Origin: Lama guanicoe | Taxonomy: Eukaryota | Direction: 5' to 3' | NCBI GenBank assembly: GCA_013239625.1 | Contig: MU053934.1 | Span: forward strand, 2,560,399-2,624,398 | Length of the DNA: 64,000 nt | Part shown: in pieces, positions 1 to 12,377 of the stretch | Layout: the number at the start of each line of letters is the position of its first letter | Numbering within the stretch: position 1 is the stretch's first letter | Notes under the pieces: generated by a model | Told to the model about the DNA's origin: nothing | Database searches by the model: none | Seen by the model: only the letters and a program-made list of their open reading frames with translations | Translations under genes and position numbers: made by a program

Positions 1-1521
1 TAGCACTGGGCTCCGAGGACAATGCACGTGTGTGTGAGTGTGTGAGTGGGGCATGCGATCTCCCTCGTGTAGACCGAATTCTCGATCCTGTTTCTCTCTC
101 CTCCACATTAGCAGCACCTTCCTGGTATAAGGAAGAGAGCTTTCATCACACTCCCTGCAGCTCCCTAGGGCCTTTCCCCTCTCCTTCCTGCCTGAAGCCC
201 AGCTCTCATCTCTCAGAGCAGCTTTTTTGTTTGTTTCTTTGTTTAAATGGATTTGTATATTTGTTTTCTGCTTTCTCTTTACAAGTTCCCTGCTAAATTT
301 TAAGTTCCCCCACCCCACCCCACCCCGTTTTTGTTGCTGTTGTTGCTTTGTTTTCACAGTTTAAAGCTGGAAAAGAATGAAAAGAAAAATACTATCTGAT
401 TTTCTTGCAAGTAAATCCGCTTATTATATATTTACATTTATTTATAGTCTGTGGTTTTTTTATTAAAAAAAAATCACCACTTGTTTTTCCTTTTTCTTTT
501 GTAAAAAGAAACCTTTTTGCAGTGTCATGGTTGGACCCGCTGGGCCCTGAGGGGGCTTCAGCGAGTCCAAGGACCCCCAAAGGGTCAGTGAGCCCCCTTC
601 CCAAGGGGCTGGAGGGCCTATGAATCTGGGGGTCCACCATCGCCCCAGGGTCATCGTGTGGCCCTGAGGTGAGGGGTGAGGAGGGAGAGATGCTTTATAT
701 CCCCCGGGGGGTGGGCATCTCCTGCCCCCAAGGACAGGAGCTTGAGGTGGTGACCCCAAGAGGCTCACCCTGAGGATTCCGGGGTTTCCGGGCATCTCAC
801 AAGCCACCAGCAGCCATCCCTCTCCTTCCCTTCCCTCAAGGCCTAGGAAGTCATCACAGTGGGTTAAGGACCATTAAGGACTGGGAACCCCAGGGCTGGG
901 CAAGCCCCAGGTGCACCCCCCTCCAGGCACCTTTCGGACAGGAGGGACCAAGGACTCTTGGGTCACCTGGAGGCCTACAATTGCCCCATCAACGCTGGGT
1001 GGAGCCAGCTTGCAAGCCACTGAGCTTGCCCAGCGTTCCTGGGGCATCCATCCAGAGGCTCCAGGCACCTGGCAGTGACCGAGAGGCTCACCTGGCCCCG
1101 GGGCCCTGAGTCTCCACCCCCTACTTGCCCAGGGAGGCAGAGCCCGCTTGGGGTTAAAGGGAACAGAAAAGTAACTCTCCCGCGTTAAAAAGAAAAAAAG
1201 AAAAAAAAGTAACATAAACCCCTGATATAAATGCAAAGAACAGTTCCCTTCCTTTCTGCTCCTTCTCACATTTTGCTTTAATATTATCTTGGTTCCCTTT
1301 TATTTTTTCATTTAAATTGGTTTTTATTAAATGTTAAAATAATGGTACATGGGAAATCATGCATTTGCTTTTAGATTTATTTTCTATTTTAAATTTTTAT
1401 CCTCTCTCGCTTTTTTTTTTAAAGTTTGTTTTTCCTTCCCTCGGTTATATTTTTTTCACATTTCCTATGATTTTGCTTCTTTGTTCCTCTTATATTTTGT
1501 TCTTTTTTTTTTTTAAATTTA

Positions 1522-1790
1522 NNNNNNNNNNNNNNNNNNNNNNNNNNNNNNNNNNNNNNNNNNNNNNNNNNNNNNNNNNNNNNNNNNNNNNNNNNNNNNN
1601 NNNNNNNNNNNNNNNNNNNNNNNNNNNNNNNNNNNNNNNNNNNNNNNNNNNNNNNNNNNNNNNNNNNNNNNNNNNNNNNNNNNNNNNNNNNNNNNNNNNN
1701 NNNNNNNNNNNNNNNNNNNNNNNNNNNNNNNNNNNNNNNNNNNNNNNNNNNNNNNNNNNNNNNNNNNNNNNNNNNNNNNNNNNNNNNNNN
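1522..1790. other. Assembly gap (N run)
   Basis: 269 consecutive N between a T-rich tract and a very GC-rich tract. Confidence 1.
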
Positions 1791-1819
1791 CGCCCCTCCT
1801 CCCGGCTCTGCCCGGGACC

Positions 1820-1820
<1 letters not shown>

Positions 1821-1855
<35 letters not shown>
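1821..1855. repeat. (CGG)11 / (GCC)11 trinucleotide repeat in the proximal 3' UTR
   Basis: Eleven uninterrupted cgg units from 1821, starting about 22 nt after the stop codon in transcript orientation. Confidence 0.97.
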
Positions 1856-1856
<1 letters not shown>

Positions 1857-1877
1857 TGGCGAGGCCCCCCGTGGGCT

Positions 1878-2413
1878 TCATACGGGGGTGGTCCGGCGGT
1901 TGGCTGTGTTGGAGTGGAGAGAGTCTTTGTTGTCCTTCTGGATACAGTTGTGAACTTGAAGGAAGCTGTTATCCCTGTCGGAGTTGTAGGTGGCGGTGGG
2001 CGTGGTGGCGGCCTTCAGGGGGTCCCTGCTGAGGGTGTACATGGAGATCTCCGTGGACGGCAGGGTGTTGAAGCCCTTGATGCCCACGGGGGAGGCGTCC
2101 CTGGAGTGTGAGGGCTCGGTGGAGCGGGAGCTGGAGCGGCTGCGGCGCTGGTAGCGGTAGCGGTAGCTGGGGATGCGGGTGATGGCGGAGGCCTGGAGGT
2201 AGTCCGTGGCGCGGGCCGTGGCCCGCAGCTGTTTGTGCCGGTCGATAAACATGTGCACGGCCAGCACCCCGACCATCTCGGCAATGATGAAAGACAGGGC
2301 CCCGAAGTAGAAGGACCAGCCGTACGAGTAACTATTCTTTTTGGAGTCGCTCTTGGAGGGGTCTCCGGCATTGGCAGATATGTACACTATGATGCCAATG
2401 ATGTTACTCAGAC
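1878..2413 (-). CDS. CACNG2: CACNG2 (stargazin/TARP gamma-2) terminal coding exon 4: TM3-TM4 and cytoplasmic tail
   Basis: Translates to (G)[63 protein letters not shown]...[16 protein letters not shown]...ANRRTTPV*, the recognisable stargazin C-terminus with its Arg/Ser-rich phospho-cluster and class I PDZ ligand. Acceptor cag| corresponds to plus-strand ct at 2414-2415; TGA stop at 1880-1878; 536 nt. Confidence 0.99.
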
Positions 2414-2702
2414 CTGCCGGGCACGGGGTTGGGGGTGGGCGGGGCGGAGGGAAAGCAGAGAGAGTGCTGGTTAGTTTCCCAGGAGGATGCCAGGCACTGG
2501 GCAGGATTAAAAGACACGGCGGCTGGATGGGCTTTCCCTGGTCCGGCGTTTTCATGGAGAACAGACGGATGGGTATAGAGGGATGTTACCAGCATCACCT
2601 TACTATTCTATCAGTCCATTTGGGGAGCGCCACAAAGGAAGAGCTAATGGAAACAGATACAGGAAGAAGGGAGAGGGGAGGGAGGCATTCTACAATGTAT
2701 TG

Positions 2703-2754
2703 AATAGTAGTAGTAATAGTAATAATAGTAATAATAATAATAATAATAATAATA
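2703..2754. repeat. (TAG/TAA)n microsatellite
   Basis: tagtagtagtaatagtaataatagtaataataat...; abuts a MIR-like fragment. Confidence 0.9.
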
Positions 2755-2879
2755 TTTATTGAGCATTTACTACCTGTCTTCACTGCTGAGTACATTTCAA
2801 GGGATTTGCAAGTGAGAAAACAGATCACAGAGAGGTTAAGTAACTTGCTCAAGGCTGCACAGGGATTTGAAGCTTGTGT

Positions 2880-3090
2880 AGCTGGGGGTTAAGACTGCCT
2901 CCTGGAGCCAGACTGCCTGAATGCAAAGCCTTCGGCAAGGTAACCTTCGTCTGAGTTTCCACGTTTGTGAAACGGGTGTAATGATAGGACATACTCCTGC
3001 TGGGCCACGGAGAGGACTGAAACGAGATACTCCACGAGAGAGCTGCTGGAGTCTGGGACGTGGTAAGAGCTGCTTAAACGTTAGTCATTC
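2880..3090 (+). mobile_element. MIR SINE fragment
   Basis: ctggagccagactgcctg...ctgagtttccacgtttgtgaaacggg...tggtaagagctgcttaaacgttag resembles the MIR core and tail. Confidence 0.65.
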
Positions 3091-3536
3091 TTAGTAATCG
3101 GCTCGTGCTGCAGCCCATGTTCCTTTTCTGGCAGCTGAAGCCAGTGTGACTAGTCATGTAACTGGGCTGAGAAGTGTGGTTTGGGTGCCTGCCTGCTCCC
3201 ACCTGGGTAGGACAGTGAGGGGAGAGGGCAAGTGAGGATAGTCCCAATGTTCTGAGAGGGACCTGGGATTTGAGCCCTTTTCTAGGAGGTGGGAGAGAGA
3301 GGGGCCATTGGGCTCAGGGCCCGGGTCTAGGGATGTTCCTGGAGTGGGGGCTCAGGCACTGCTATGGGGTGACAGCCCCAGCACAGCCTGCCTTCCCTAC
3401 AACTCAACCTGTTGCAAGACCTGGAAATTCTCTCTCCTCTCCCCTCCTCTCTCTGCCAGTTCCTCCCAGCCACCGGGTACCCAAACCTCAGCCTTCGCCC
3501 CACTGGGGGGGCCTGGACTCTGGCCTGCCTGGCTCA

Positions 3537-3860
<324 letters not shown>

Positions 3861-4326
3861 TCACTGCCCTGCAGGGGCTCCCTACTTCCTCAAGGATCAA
3901 ACCCCAGGGCTTCATGAGGCCCGAAGCGCCCCGTGGGACTTGGTCTCTGCCCATCCCTACGTTCCATCTTGCCCAGCCACAGCCAACTTCCCATGACGTG
4001 TTATTGCACATTTCTGACTTTTGACATCCCGAGCTTTCTTACTAGAATGTCTTTCCTGCTCTTTTTCACTCAGCAAACTTCCATTCATCTATCAAAACCC
4101 AGCTCAAAGTCCCCTCCTCCATGAAGCCTTTCCTGATTTCCTTAGGCAAAGATATCAGCTCCTTCCTCTGCACTTGGAACTACATAGCATCTATAACATT
4201 TCTGGGGCTCTTCTTATCTGCTAGGCTCTGTTCTAAGTGCCTTCCATGGATGAACCCATTTAAACCTCACACCAACCCCATGAAACCCACAGACCTTGGC
4301 ATCAAGGAGATTATAAACACCTAAAG

Positions 4327-4530
4327 CAGGCACTGGCAAACTTTTTCTGTAAAGGGTTACATAGTAAATCTTTCTGGTTTTGCCGGCCATATGGTCTCTG
4401 TTGTAACCGCTCAACTCTGCCCTTGTAGTGTGAGAACAGCCATGGACGATACATGAGCAAATGAGTGTGGATGGGCTCCAATAAACTTTACTGATAGAAA
4501 CAGTCGGGGGGCCAAATCTGGCCTCCCCTG
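4327..4530. mobile_element. MER58A-like hAT-Charlie MITE
   Basis: caggcactggcaaactttttctgtaaaggg...ggccatatggtctctgttgtaaccgctcaactctgcc...ccaataaacttta...ggcctcccctg matches the remembered MER58A consensus. Confidence 0.85.
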
Positions 4531-7500
4531 GCCGAGAGCATCATACACTATACTGGGGAAAAGCTGTGTGGTCCAGAGTGGGGGGATGCTTTGCTTTTGA
4601 CTAGCTGTGAGTCCAGTGAATAAATACAGTGGCAGTCACCGTGTCTGGCTCCAGGCTGGGCATGGAAGACATAGGGGTGCAAAGCAGGTCCCTGACTTTA
4701 TAGAGCTTGCGTTCTCATGAAGGAGAGACAGCACAGAGGAATGTGTAATTAGCAACCAGGATGAAGTGTTATGCAAGAAAGCTACCCATATGGCCCCATG
4801 AAGGCAAGTGACAGGCTGATGTCACATGTAGATGGCCAATGTTTACTGGGGATTCAGTGAGGGGCTGTTCTGAGCACTGTGCTCAGGATGAACCCATTAG
4901 TTCTCATTTACAGCTCCATGAAATAAGTACTTTAATTACCTCCATCACACAGAGGTTAAAACTGAGGCAAAGAGAGGTCAAACCTTTTGTTCAAGGCCAG
5001 CCAGCAAGGAAATGGAAGGGCTGGGTTTGTGAGCCCAGGGAGCCTGGCTCCAGGCTCTGTGTGCCTAATCACTGCACCCCGTGCTTCCGGCCTCCCAGAG
5101 CATCCTCTGAGCTCACGTGGGGCTCAGGGAGGGCTTCCCTGAAGGAGTGATGTCGGTACTGAGGTCGACGGATAAGGAGAAGCTGATTGGGCAGAAGCGA
5201 GGCAGAGGGTGGGGAGGGTTCCAGAGAGAGGAAGCGCACTGAACAAGGAAGAGGCATGGCTCATGTGGGGACTTAAAAGAGCTGGCTCACGAAGAGTTAG
5301 CGCAGGGCCTAGGGGTGCTCTAAGGGCTCAGGACATACGGGGGCTCACGAGTTTCCTTTAAAGGCCTCAAAGCAGGCAGGGCTGCCACGATCTGATTTGC
5401 ATTTTAAGAAGCGAATAAACAAAGAAGGGGTCAAGGGTTGCTACAGGGCACCAGTGAGGAGACTGCTGCTGTGGCCAGACAAGCGCTTGTGGTGCTTGGA
5501 CCAGGGTGAATACGAAGGGCGTGGGCAGAGGTGGGTGGATCTGAGGGATGTTTAGGGTGGAGAAGTGGGTGGCATTGAGGATAACTTCTAGGTCTCAGAT
5601 TTACTGGGTGGCTGGATAAAACCACTTAAAAGACTAGGACAGGATGAAGTCTAAGGGGTGAGGGGAGGGAAATCAAGGTTTGGCTTGAGACACTTGGACT
5701 TTGGGGTGCATTCAGATATGGATGCTTAGGGGCTCAGGTGTGCAGTCTGGGCTGAAGCTGTAAGCGGGGGTCGCAGAAGAGAAGTGCACAGAAGAGAAGA
5801 GGGTCTAGCCTTGAGGCTTGGGGAGCCCCAGTGTTTGCTGACTGGCTTGGGAAGATCTTGGGCCAAGCTCACATTGTCCCTGGGCCTCCACCTCCTTGTC
5901 TGTAAAATGGAGATGAAAAACCAAACTCTGTCTACCTTACAGGGTTACAGTGATTCCACAGGAAGAAGAAGGCGGAAGCTTTGGAAAATACAGAATGTTA
6001 GTCAACTACGCACAATGTATTATTTTCTATGCTGGTGACAGAAATGAAGAGTGTCATAAGTACCCGGGAGGGAATGACATCTTGTCTTCTGGAGGGGGTG
6101 GCCTCAGCCATAAATCCCTCACTAACCATCTTTTTGGCCAAATCCTGTAGACACATCGTTTCATGATCTAGCACTCTGGGGGCCGGGCACCTATGGTGTC
6201 CTGCCGTGGAATCGCTCTTCCCGGTGGGCACAGCTGGAGGGCAGGCGGACAGCTGCACGCGGAGGCCCTGGCAGTGGGGAGGGGAATGGTCCGGGGTGGG
6301 GAGTGGGCAGACCTGAGCCTGGTGCCCATTCTGCCTGGCTCTTCACGGGCCTGAGGGTGGGCTTTCCCTCCTCTGGGTCTGTGCTCTGATGAGGTTGGAC
6401 CAGATGATCTCTAAGGTTCCGCCTGTCCCTGATGGTCCTGTGCCTCCAAGACCTCTGCTCCAGGACCACTCAGTCAGGCCGGCCAGGTGCCAGTTGTGCC
6501 TTTAATCAAAATAGTCATCATGGTCGGGTATTTGGAGGGCTGGCTTCCTCTTTTCTGGACAAGGCATTAAGCTCTTTATGCCTGTTATTCCATTTGGAGT
6601 TTGATTGATTCTAACAGGATAGAATCGCAGATGTGCTGGGTTGCGGGGAGCTTCTAGGCTCTGGAGCATCTCTCCCCCTCTCCTCCTCCATGCTGTGCTG
6701 GATGGGTAGCCAGGGACTGTGAAAGGGGTCAGGCTGCTGTAAATGCATGCAAGAGCGAGTGTATACGAGAGAGAGTGTGTGTGAAAGAGAGAGACCGGGA
6801 GAGAGGAGGTGAGAGAGAGAAGGGAGAAGTGGAGAGGCAGGGGGAGGGAGAGAGAGGGAGAGGGAAGATGCTCCTGGAGATGAGAGATCTCAAAGAAAGA
6901 GGAAGGGCGGAAAGGAGATTCTGGATGGAGGAAGGAGAGCTGTTGAGAGTGGTGGCTCGGAGCATGGGCTCCTGATGTAGACCCCCTGGGGTCCCCTCTG
7001 CACTGGCTGTGTGATCTCTGTGCCTCACCATTCTCCTCTGCATAATGGGGACATCAACAGTACCTGCATCTTACAGTTGTTGTGAGATGAATGAAGCTAT
7101 AAAGTATCAGGCCTAGCACACACATAGCCAAGTGTCCAATGAATGTCTGTGATACGTATTGACCTATGAAAGGAATTTTGGAGCCCAGCGGGCTTCCTTT
7201 GGCGCCACCTGTGCAGATGCTGGATGCTTTCCCACTTCCTGTGGTCCCTGGGGTTGGTGATCGGCTGCAGGAGCTCAGGAGAATAGCCTGAGCACATCCC
7301 ACTTGCTACTTTGACCCCAACCCCCACCCCCCAGCTCGATCGGCGCACCCAGCTCCCAGGGCTGCAATGAGGGGTGATGAGTCAACGCATTTGAAGCAAT
7401 TAGCACAGTGCCGGGTACCCAGCGCCGAGCACCAGGAGATGTTAGTTCTCACACAGCAGAGCGAATTATTGCTGTTTCTCATGGGCCTGGGGTTACCTCG

Positions 7501-10136
7501 ACTGGTGTTTATTAAAGTCCAGGTCGCGAAGTCAGCACGGTGGTGGCGGCATTCAGCACTTAAATAAATGAACCAGGACAGAACAGAAACTGTCTCCATG
7601 TGTGGAGGGCGTGACGGGGAGGCGCCGTTCTGTGAAGTGTGTGCACTGGTCGCATGGATATGAGTACAGAGCTGTAGCTTAGATGTTCCCTAACCACGGG
7701 GTGTGGTCACTGCGGTTTAGCCACGCCCATAGTGGTGACCTCCGGAGGGAATGTCCCTCTCAACAATTTTGCTCGAAAGGACTGCAGGGCTGAGGTAGCA
7801 GACAGGAGCAATCAGCCCCATAACCATCTGGGAGGCAGCTGGCATCCCAGAAAGTGCCCTGGGCTGGGGTAGGTATCTCTCTGGGCCTCAATTTTTCCCT
7901 CATCTGCAAAATGGGAGAGTGAGGCTGGGTGACCCTCAGGGAGTGTCTGCCTCCCACATTCCAGGTGCTAGAAGGACGTCTCCCCGCACTTCTAAACCTG
8001 AGAAGGAGGGTATGGTGGACTTCCCCCAGCCCTCCCCTAGGGCAGCTGCGGAGCCCTAACAAAGCACTGCCCTTACTCTTGTCTCATTGTATCCTTGAGG
8101 GACTGGTATTCATCGAGGCTCAGAGAAGTTGAGTAACTGTTCCAAGACCACAGAGCAGAACTCATCTTGAATTCAGAACCTTTCACTCCACGTCCCAAGC
8201 TCAGACTACGACAACTGGTGTCCCCTACACCTTCCAACCTAGGTACCTAGGAATGCCTTCAGTGCCCGGTGGGGAGGGCAGAGGGGGGTGGAGATGGAAC
8301 AGGGAGGAGGGGGGTTCTCTGAGGCTGGGAAGGGTGGCTTTGGCTCAGCTTGAGACCCTGCATCTCCATCCTCATTCTGGGAGGAGGGTAAACAGTCAGG
8401 TGGCTATAAAGGGGCAGGTAATTCCTCATTTATTCGCTTGACAAACATCTCCCAGACCAGACTGGGGGCAGGTCCTGTGCTGGGCCGGGTGGGATGTGGG
8501 TGGGAACAGACTCTCTCTTTGTAGCTACTCCTCTCAGTGTCCTAAGCTGTTCACCATCCAGTGGGAGAGAAGAATCCATAACAGAAATCATGACATGCAG
8601 GTCGGAAAATTGAGCAGTCACCTCCCTGCAACCCAGCCTCCTCGCTCTTCCTGGCTTCAGAGAAGGGCAGTACTTTTCACTGTCTCCCAGTCAGGACTTT
8701 GCATGAGTCCTCTTTCTCTTACCTGCCTTCTTTACCTGTCAGTGAATCCTGCCGACTCCAGAACCTGCCTGCTTCTCAGTGACCCCCTACTTCTGCTCTG
8801 GTCCAAGCACCTACATTTCCAGCCTGGATTATGGCCATCTCCTACTGGTCACTTCTCCAGCAGAAGTGGAGAGATGAGGTTAGTCCACGCCTCTTTGCTC
8901 AGAACCTCCCCATGGTCCCATCTCAGAGTAAATTCCTGGCCTGGCCTGGCCTCCCACTCACTACTCACACCCTCTGCTTAACTGCATGGTCTCCTGGCAG
9001 CCCTGAGCATGCCAGCCTTAGACACTTTGCACTGGCTGTTCCCTCTGCCTTAATGCTCTTCCCAGGATATCTGCAGGACCAGCCACGCTCCCTCACCTCC
9101 TTTAGGTCTCTGCTTAAATGTTACCGTCCCAGTGAGGACCTCTCTGACCACTTACTGAAAACTCTCGGCACTCCCTCTCTCCCTTCCCTGCTTCATCTTT
9201 ATCCTTTGTACTTTTCAGTATGTAGCATACACAGTAATGGCTAATGCCTTCCGAGTGCTTATGATGCTCTGGGCTGGAGTGAAGAGCTGTTTTATACTGA
9301 CTCACTCAAGCCTCATTACAACCCTGGGAAAGTACCGAAGAGCATCATCCCCATTGCCAGGAATCCAAGGCCCAGGGGAATTAACCAAGAAGTGGGAGAG
9401 CCGGATCTGAATCTGGGCAGCTTGTGTTAAGGCCTGCTGTTGTGTCTCATGCTTTCTACTGGTGGCTGAGTTCCACAAATTTAGCCCCCATATAATCCTC
9501 AGCCCTCTGTGCCTTGGCTGCTTTCCACCTCCCGTACAGATATCCCCTCTGTCTCCCTGACAGGTGTCTGTTCCTGGCCCACAGCTGCCCTGGGAACACT
9601 CCGCCTGCTTATGCTTGCTCTCAGGTGGTCAGTGACTCTGGGAAAGTGTCAACTCCTAGTTCAAGTGTACTCAGGTAAGACCTCTCTTGAGTGGGAAGAA
9701 ATAGGCCCTGCCCAGAGCCCTCTTTCCCACCCCTCTTCTGCCCACTTCGAGCCCTGGAGAAAGAGTGATTGATGTGGCGAGGCTCTGATACTGCAGCATG
9801 TGTGTATGATGTGCACACACGTGTGTGTGCATGTGTGTGCATGTGGCCTGTGGGCACCAGCCCCTCCCCTGCCCCCGGGCAGAGTATGTCAGGGACAGTA
9901 GCCAACCTGGGGCCCATCACCGCAGGCGCTGACTGTGGAGTGGGGAGAGCTTCAGCTCACCCTGCAGTCCTGGGCCACATGACAGTGATTTTTTGGAGTC
10001 CAGCACACAGTAGGTGCTTAATACATGATTGTGGAAGGGAACTAAATTCTTCTGTATCTTCTTCCCCACCTCCAAATCACTTTGGAAATCTAGGAATCTA
10101 GGAAAGCTAGGAAATCCCACTTCCCATTTCCTGGAC

Positions 10137-10139
<3 letters not shown>

Positions 10140-10177
<38 letters not shown>
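10140..10177. repeat. (CA)18 microsatellite
   Basis: Direct observation. Confidence 0.97.
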
Positions 10178-10178
<1 letters not shown>

Positions 10179-11049
10179 ACAAAGAGACCCACGTGCACAC
10201 AGGCAGACACGTGCAAACACATGGCCATTTATATTCAGATTGATAGACACTCAGGCGCATGGATGTGCAGGCCCCAGAAGACACAGAACACAGCACAGAC
10301 TCATGCCCTCGTGCATGAGACAGACACGCGGACACACCAACACACACTGAGAGTCATAGGAAGTCACCACCCCGGTCACCACGGCCTCTATTCTTCACCA
10401 GATCCTCAAGCTTTGGTAAGGAGGGACAGGACTAGGAAGGTGCCACAGCCAACCCATCCGACGGCCCCACGGAGCTGCTCAGGAAAAACAGGCTGGTCAC
10501 ATTCCTTCCTGGGTAAGCTAGGGGTCGGTGGGCAGGGCCCATACTAGCCCCACCTTTGTGGGCCCAGGTTGATGACGGGGACCAGCTAGAGCTGTTCCTC
10601 CTGTTCACTAAGGAGCCCCTGGACCCTGTGGTTCGGGAGAGGCTGTGGATGCCTCTAATACCCATAGGGACTGGGGAGTAAGAGCGTGCATTCATTCATT
10701 CATCCCGTCAGATATTAAGTGGGAGCCTCCTTCTTCCTGGTCCCCCAAGAGATGCTGGATTTGCCCGAACCTTTGCCTGTTGGCTACAAAGCAAGTGAGC
10801 CCTGCCCTCTCTGCCCACCCAGGAGATGAGCTCTGTGCTCCTGGCCAGCCACGCCCTTCTGGCGTTCTCCCTCCTCCCTCCCTGCTCCAGATGCTCTGTC
10901 CAGCTGGCAGATCGAGGATGCAGGAGTGACCCAGGCCGCCTGACTGGCCACCCCTCCTCAGCTCCTTCCCTGGGGCCCTTTCTCTCTCTAGCCTCTAAAC
11001 CTTGGCATCGTGGGGCTCGGTTCCCACACCTCTTCTCTCTCTGCACCAC

Positions 11050-12377
11050 TCCCTTGGCGCCTTCATCAAGTCTCATGGCTTTACATACTATCCACATGCT
11101 GACAGCTCTCAGACCCCTGTCCCCGGCCAGGTCCTGCCCTGTGAGTCCCAGGCCCCAGGACACCTCCCCAGGGAGCCCGTGGGCCTCTCTACCTTAATGC
11201 GGCCGACACTGAGCGCCAGTCCTTCTCAGTCCCAACCCTCTCCCCTCGTGGGTGCCAACTTCTGAGTCATCTTGGATTGCTTCCTGTCCCTGGGAAATCC
11301 ACATGCAGCCTTTCAGAAAATCCTGTATGCAGACCCATGGGACTATTTTCAGGATCTGACCCCTTCCCACCTCCTTCACTGCTGCCGCCTGGGTTCAAGT
11401 TGCTGTCATCTCTTGTATGGATCATTGTAACGGGCTCCTCACTGTTCTCCTGGCCCTATTGCAGTCTCTTATCAGCACAGTAACCAGAGGGTCCTGTTAA
11501 ATGTGAGATGGTGTCTCTCCTCTGCTCAGACCCTCCAATGGCTTCCTACCTCAGCTGGAGAGAACACCTGAGTCCGTGCTGTCACCCACAGGGGCCCCAG
11601 GGCCTCTCCGCTCCTCCACCCCAGTGCCTCCTCATAGTCTTCTACTGTCGTCTGGAAACCCAGTGTCCTGTCCCACAGGCCACCCCTAGTCACTCAGCCT
11701 TCTTGCCCCTGTCAGCTCTGCCTCCCAAACTCTCACTTTCTCACCACCACTGCAGCCAACTCTCTGGTCCAACGGCCATCACTTCTCCTGGGGATGACTG
11801 CAACAGCCTCCAACTGGCCTCCCTGCCTCCCTGCCAGCAGCCAGAACCGACCTTCCAAGTCAGTGTCCCTTGCTCATGGTTCCCGTCAAGCTTAGAGTGA
11901 GATCGGATTTCTTCCCCACGTGATACTGGCCCTCCATTGTCTCTCGGACCTCATGCTGCAGACGCCCCTCCATTCATGCCCTGTGCTCAGCCAGACCTGT
12001 CTGCGCTCTGATTCTCAAACAGACCACCTTACTCCCGCCTTAGAAGGTACTCACTTCCCAGAAATCCTCTTACTTCCTCCGGCTCTTCATTTAGAGAAGC
12101 TGCTCTGACCACCTTATCTAAGGAACACCCCCTCCCTCCGTCTGCCTGCCCCTCCTTCTCCACGCTCTAACCTACAGTGCTCTGATCGGTCTCAGGGATG
12201 CTTGTACCCTTGCTTTTTGCTTGTTTCGTCCACTGGAATGTAACCTTTATGAAGGCACTGACTTCCTTTGTTTCGCTCACCCTTGGGTCCCTGTACTTCC
12301 AGTACGATCAACAGTGCCCTGTACAAAGTGTGTAGCAAACATCTCCCGAGTGAGTGAAGGAATGAACGAATGAATGC
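11050..12377 (+). mobile_element. L2 LINE fragments
   Basis: Pyrimidine-rich L2 3' motifs (ctcatggctttacatac...ccctccaatggcttcc...cactggaatgtaacc) ending in the L2 tail gaatgaacgaatgaatg. Confidence 0.7.

Larger units (their letters stand above)
1..1877 (-). other. CACNG2: CACNG2 3' UTR (true end not determined)
   Basis: Lies immediately downstream of the stop codon; no recognisable interspersed repeats; A-rich in the sense strand. Several sense AATAAA hexamers (plus-strand tttatt at 437-442, 459-464, 1299-1304, 1323-1328). Confidence 0.75.
1791..2450. promoter_or_regulatory. CpG-island-like segment over the terminal exon
   Basis: Visibly high GC and CpG density compared with the CpG-depleted remainder of the window. 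Confidence 0.7.

Noticed and set aside
1359..2111. 250-aa plus-strand ORF with poly-Arg
   Set aside because: Its length comes from translating through the N gap, the CGG repeat and the antisense strand of CACNG2 exon 4.
2414..2555. N-terminal extension (MKTPDQGKP...) of the 225-aa ORF
   Set aside because: Intronic sequence upstream of the canonical exon 4 acceptor; not part of stargazin.
9795..9845. Near-palindromic (CA/TG) hairpin
   Set aside because: Low-complexity alternating purine-pyrimidine sequence; self-complementarity is trivial.
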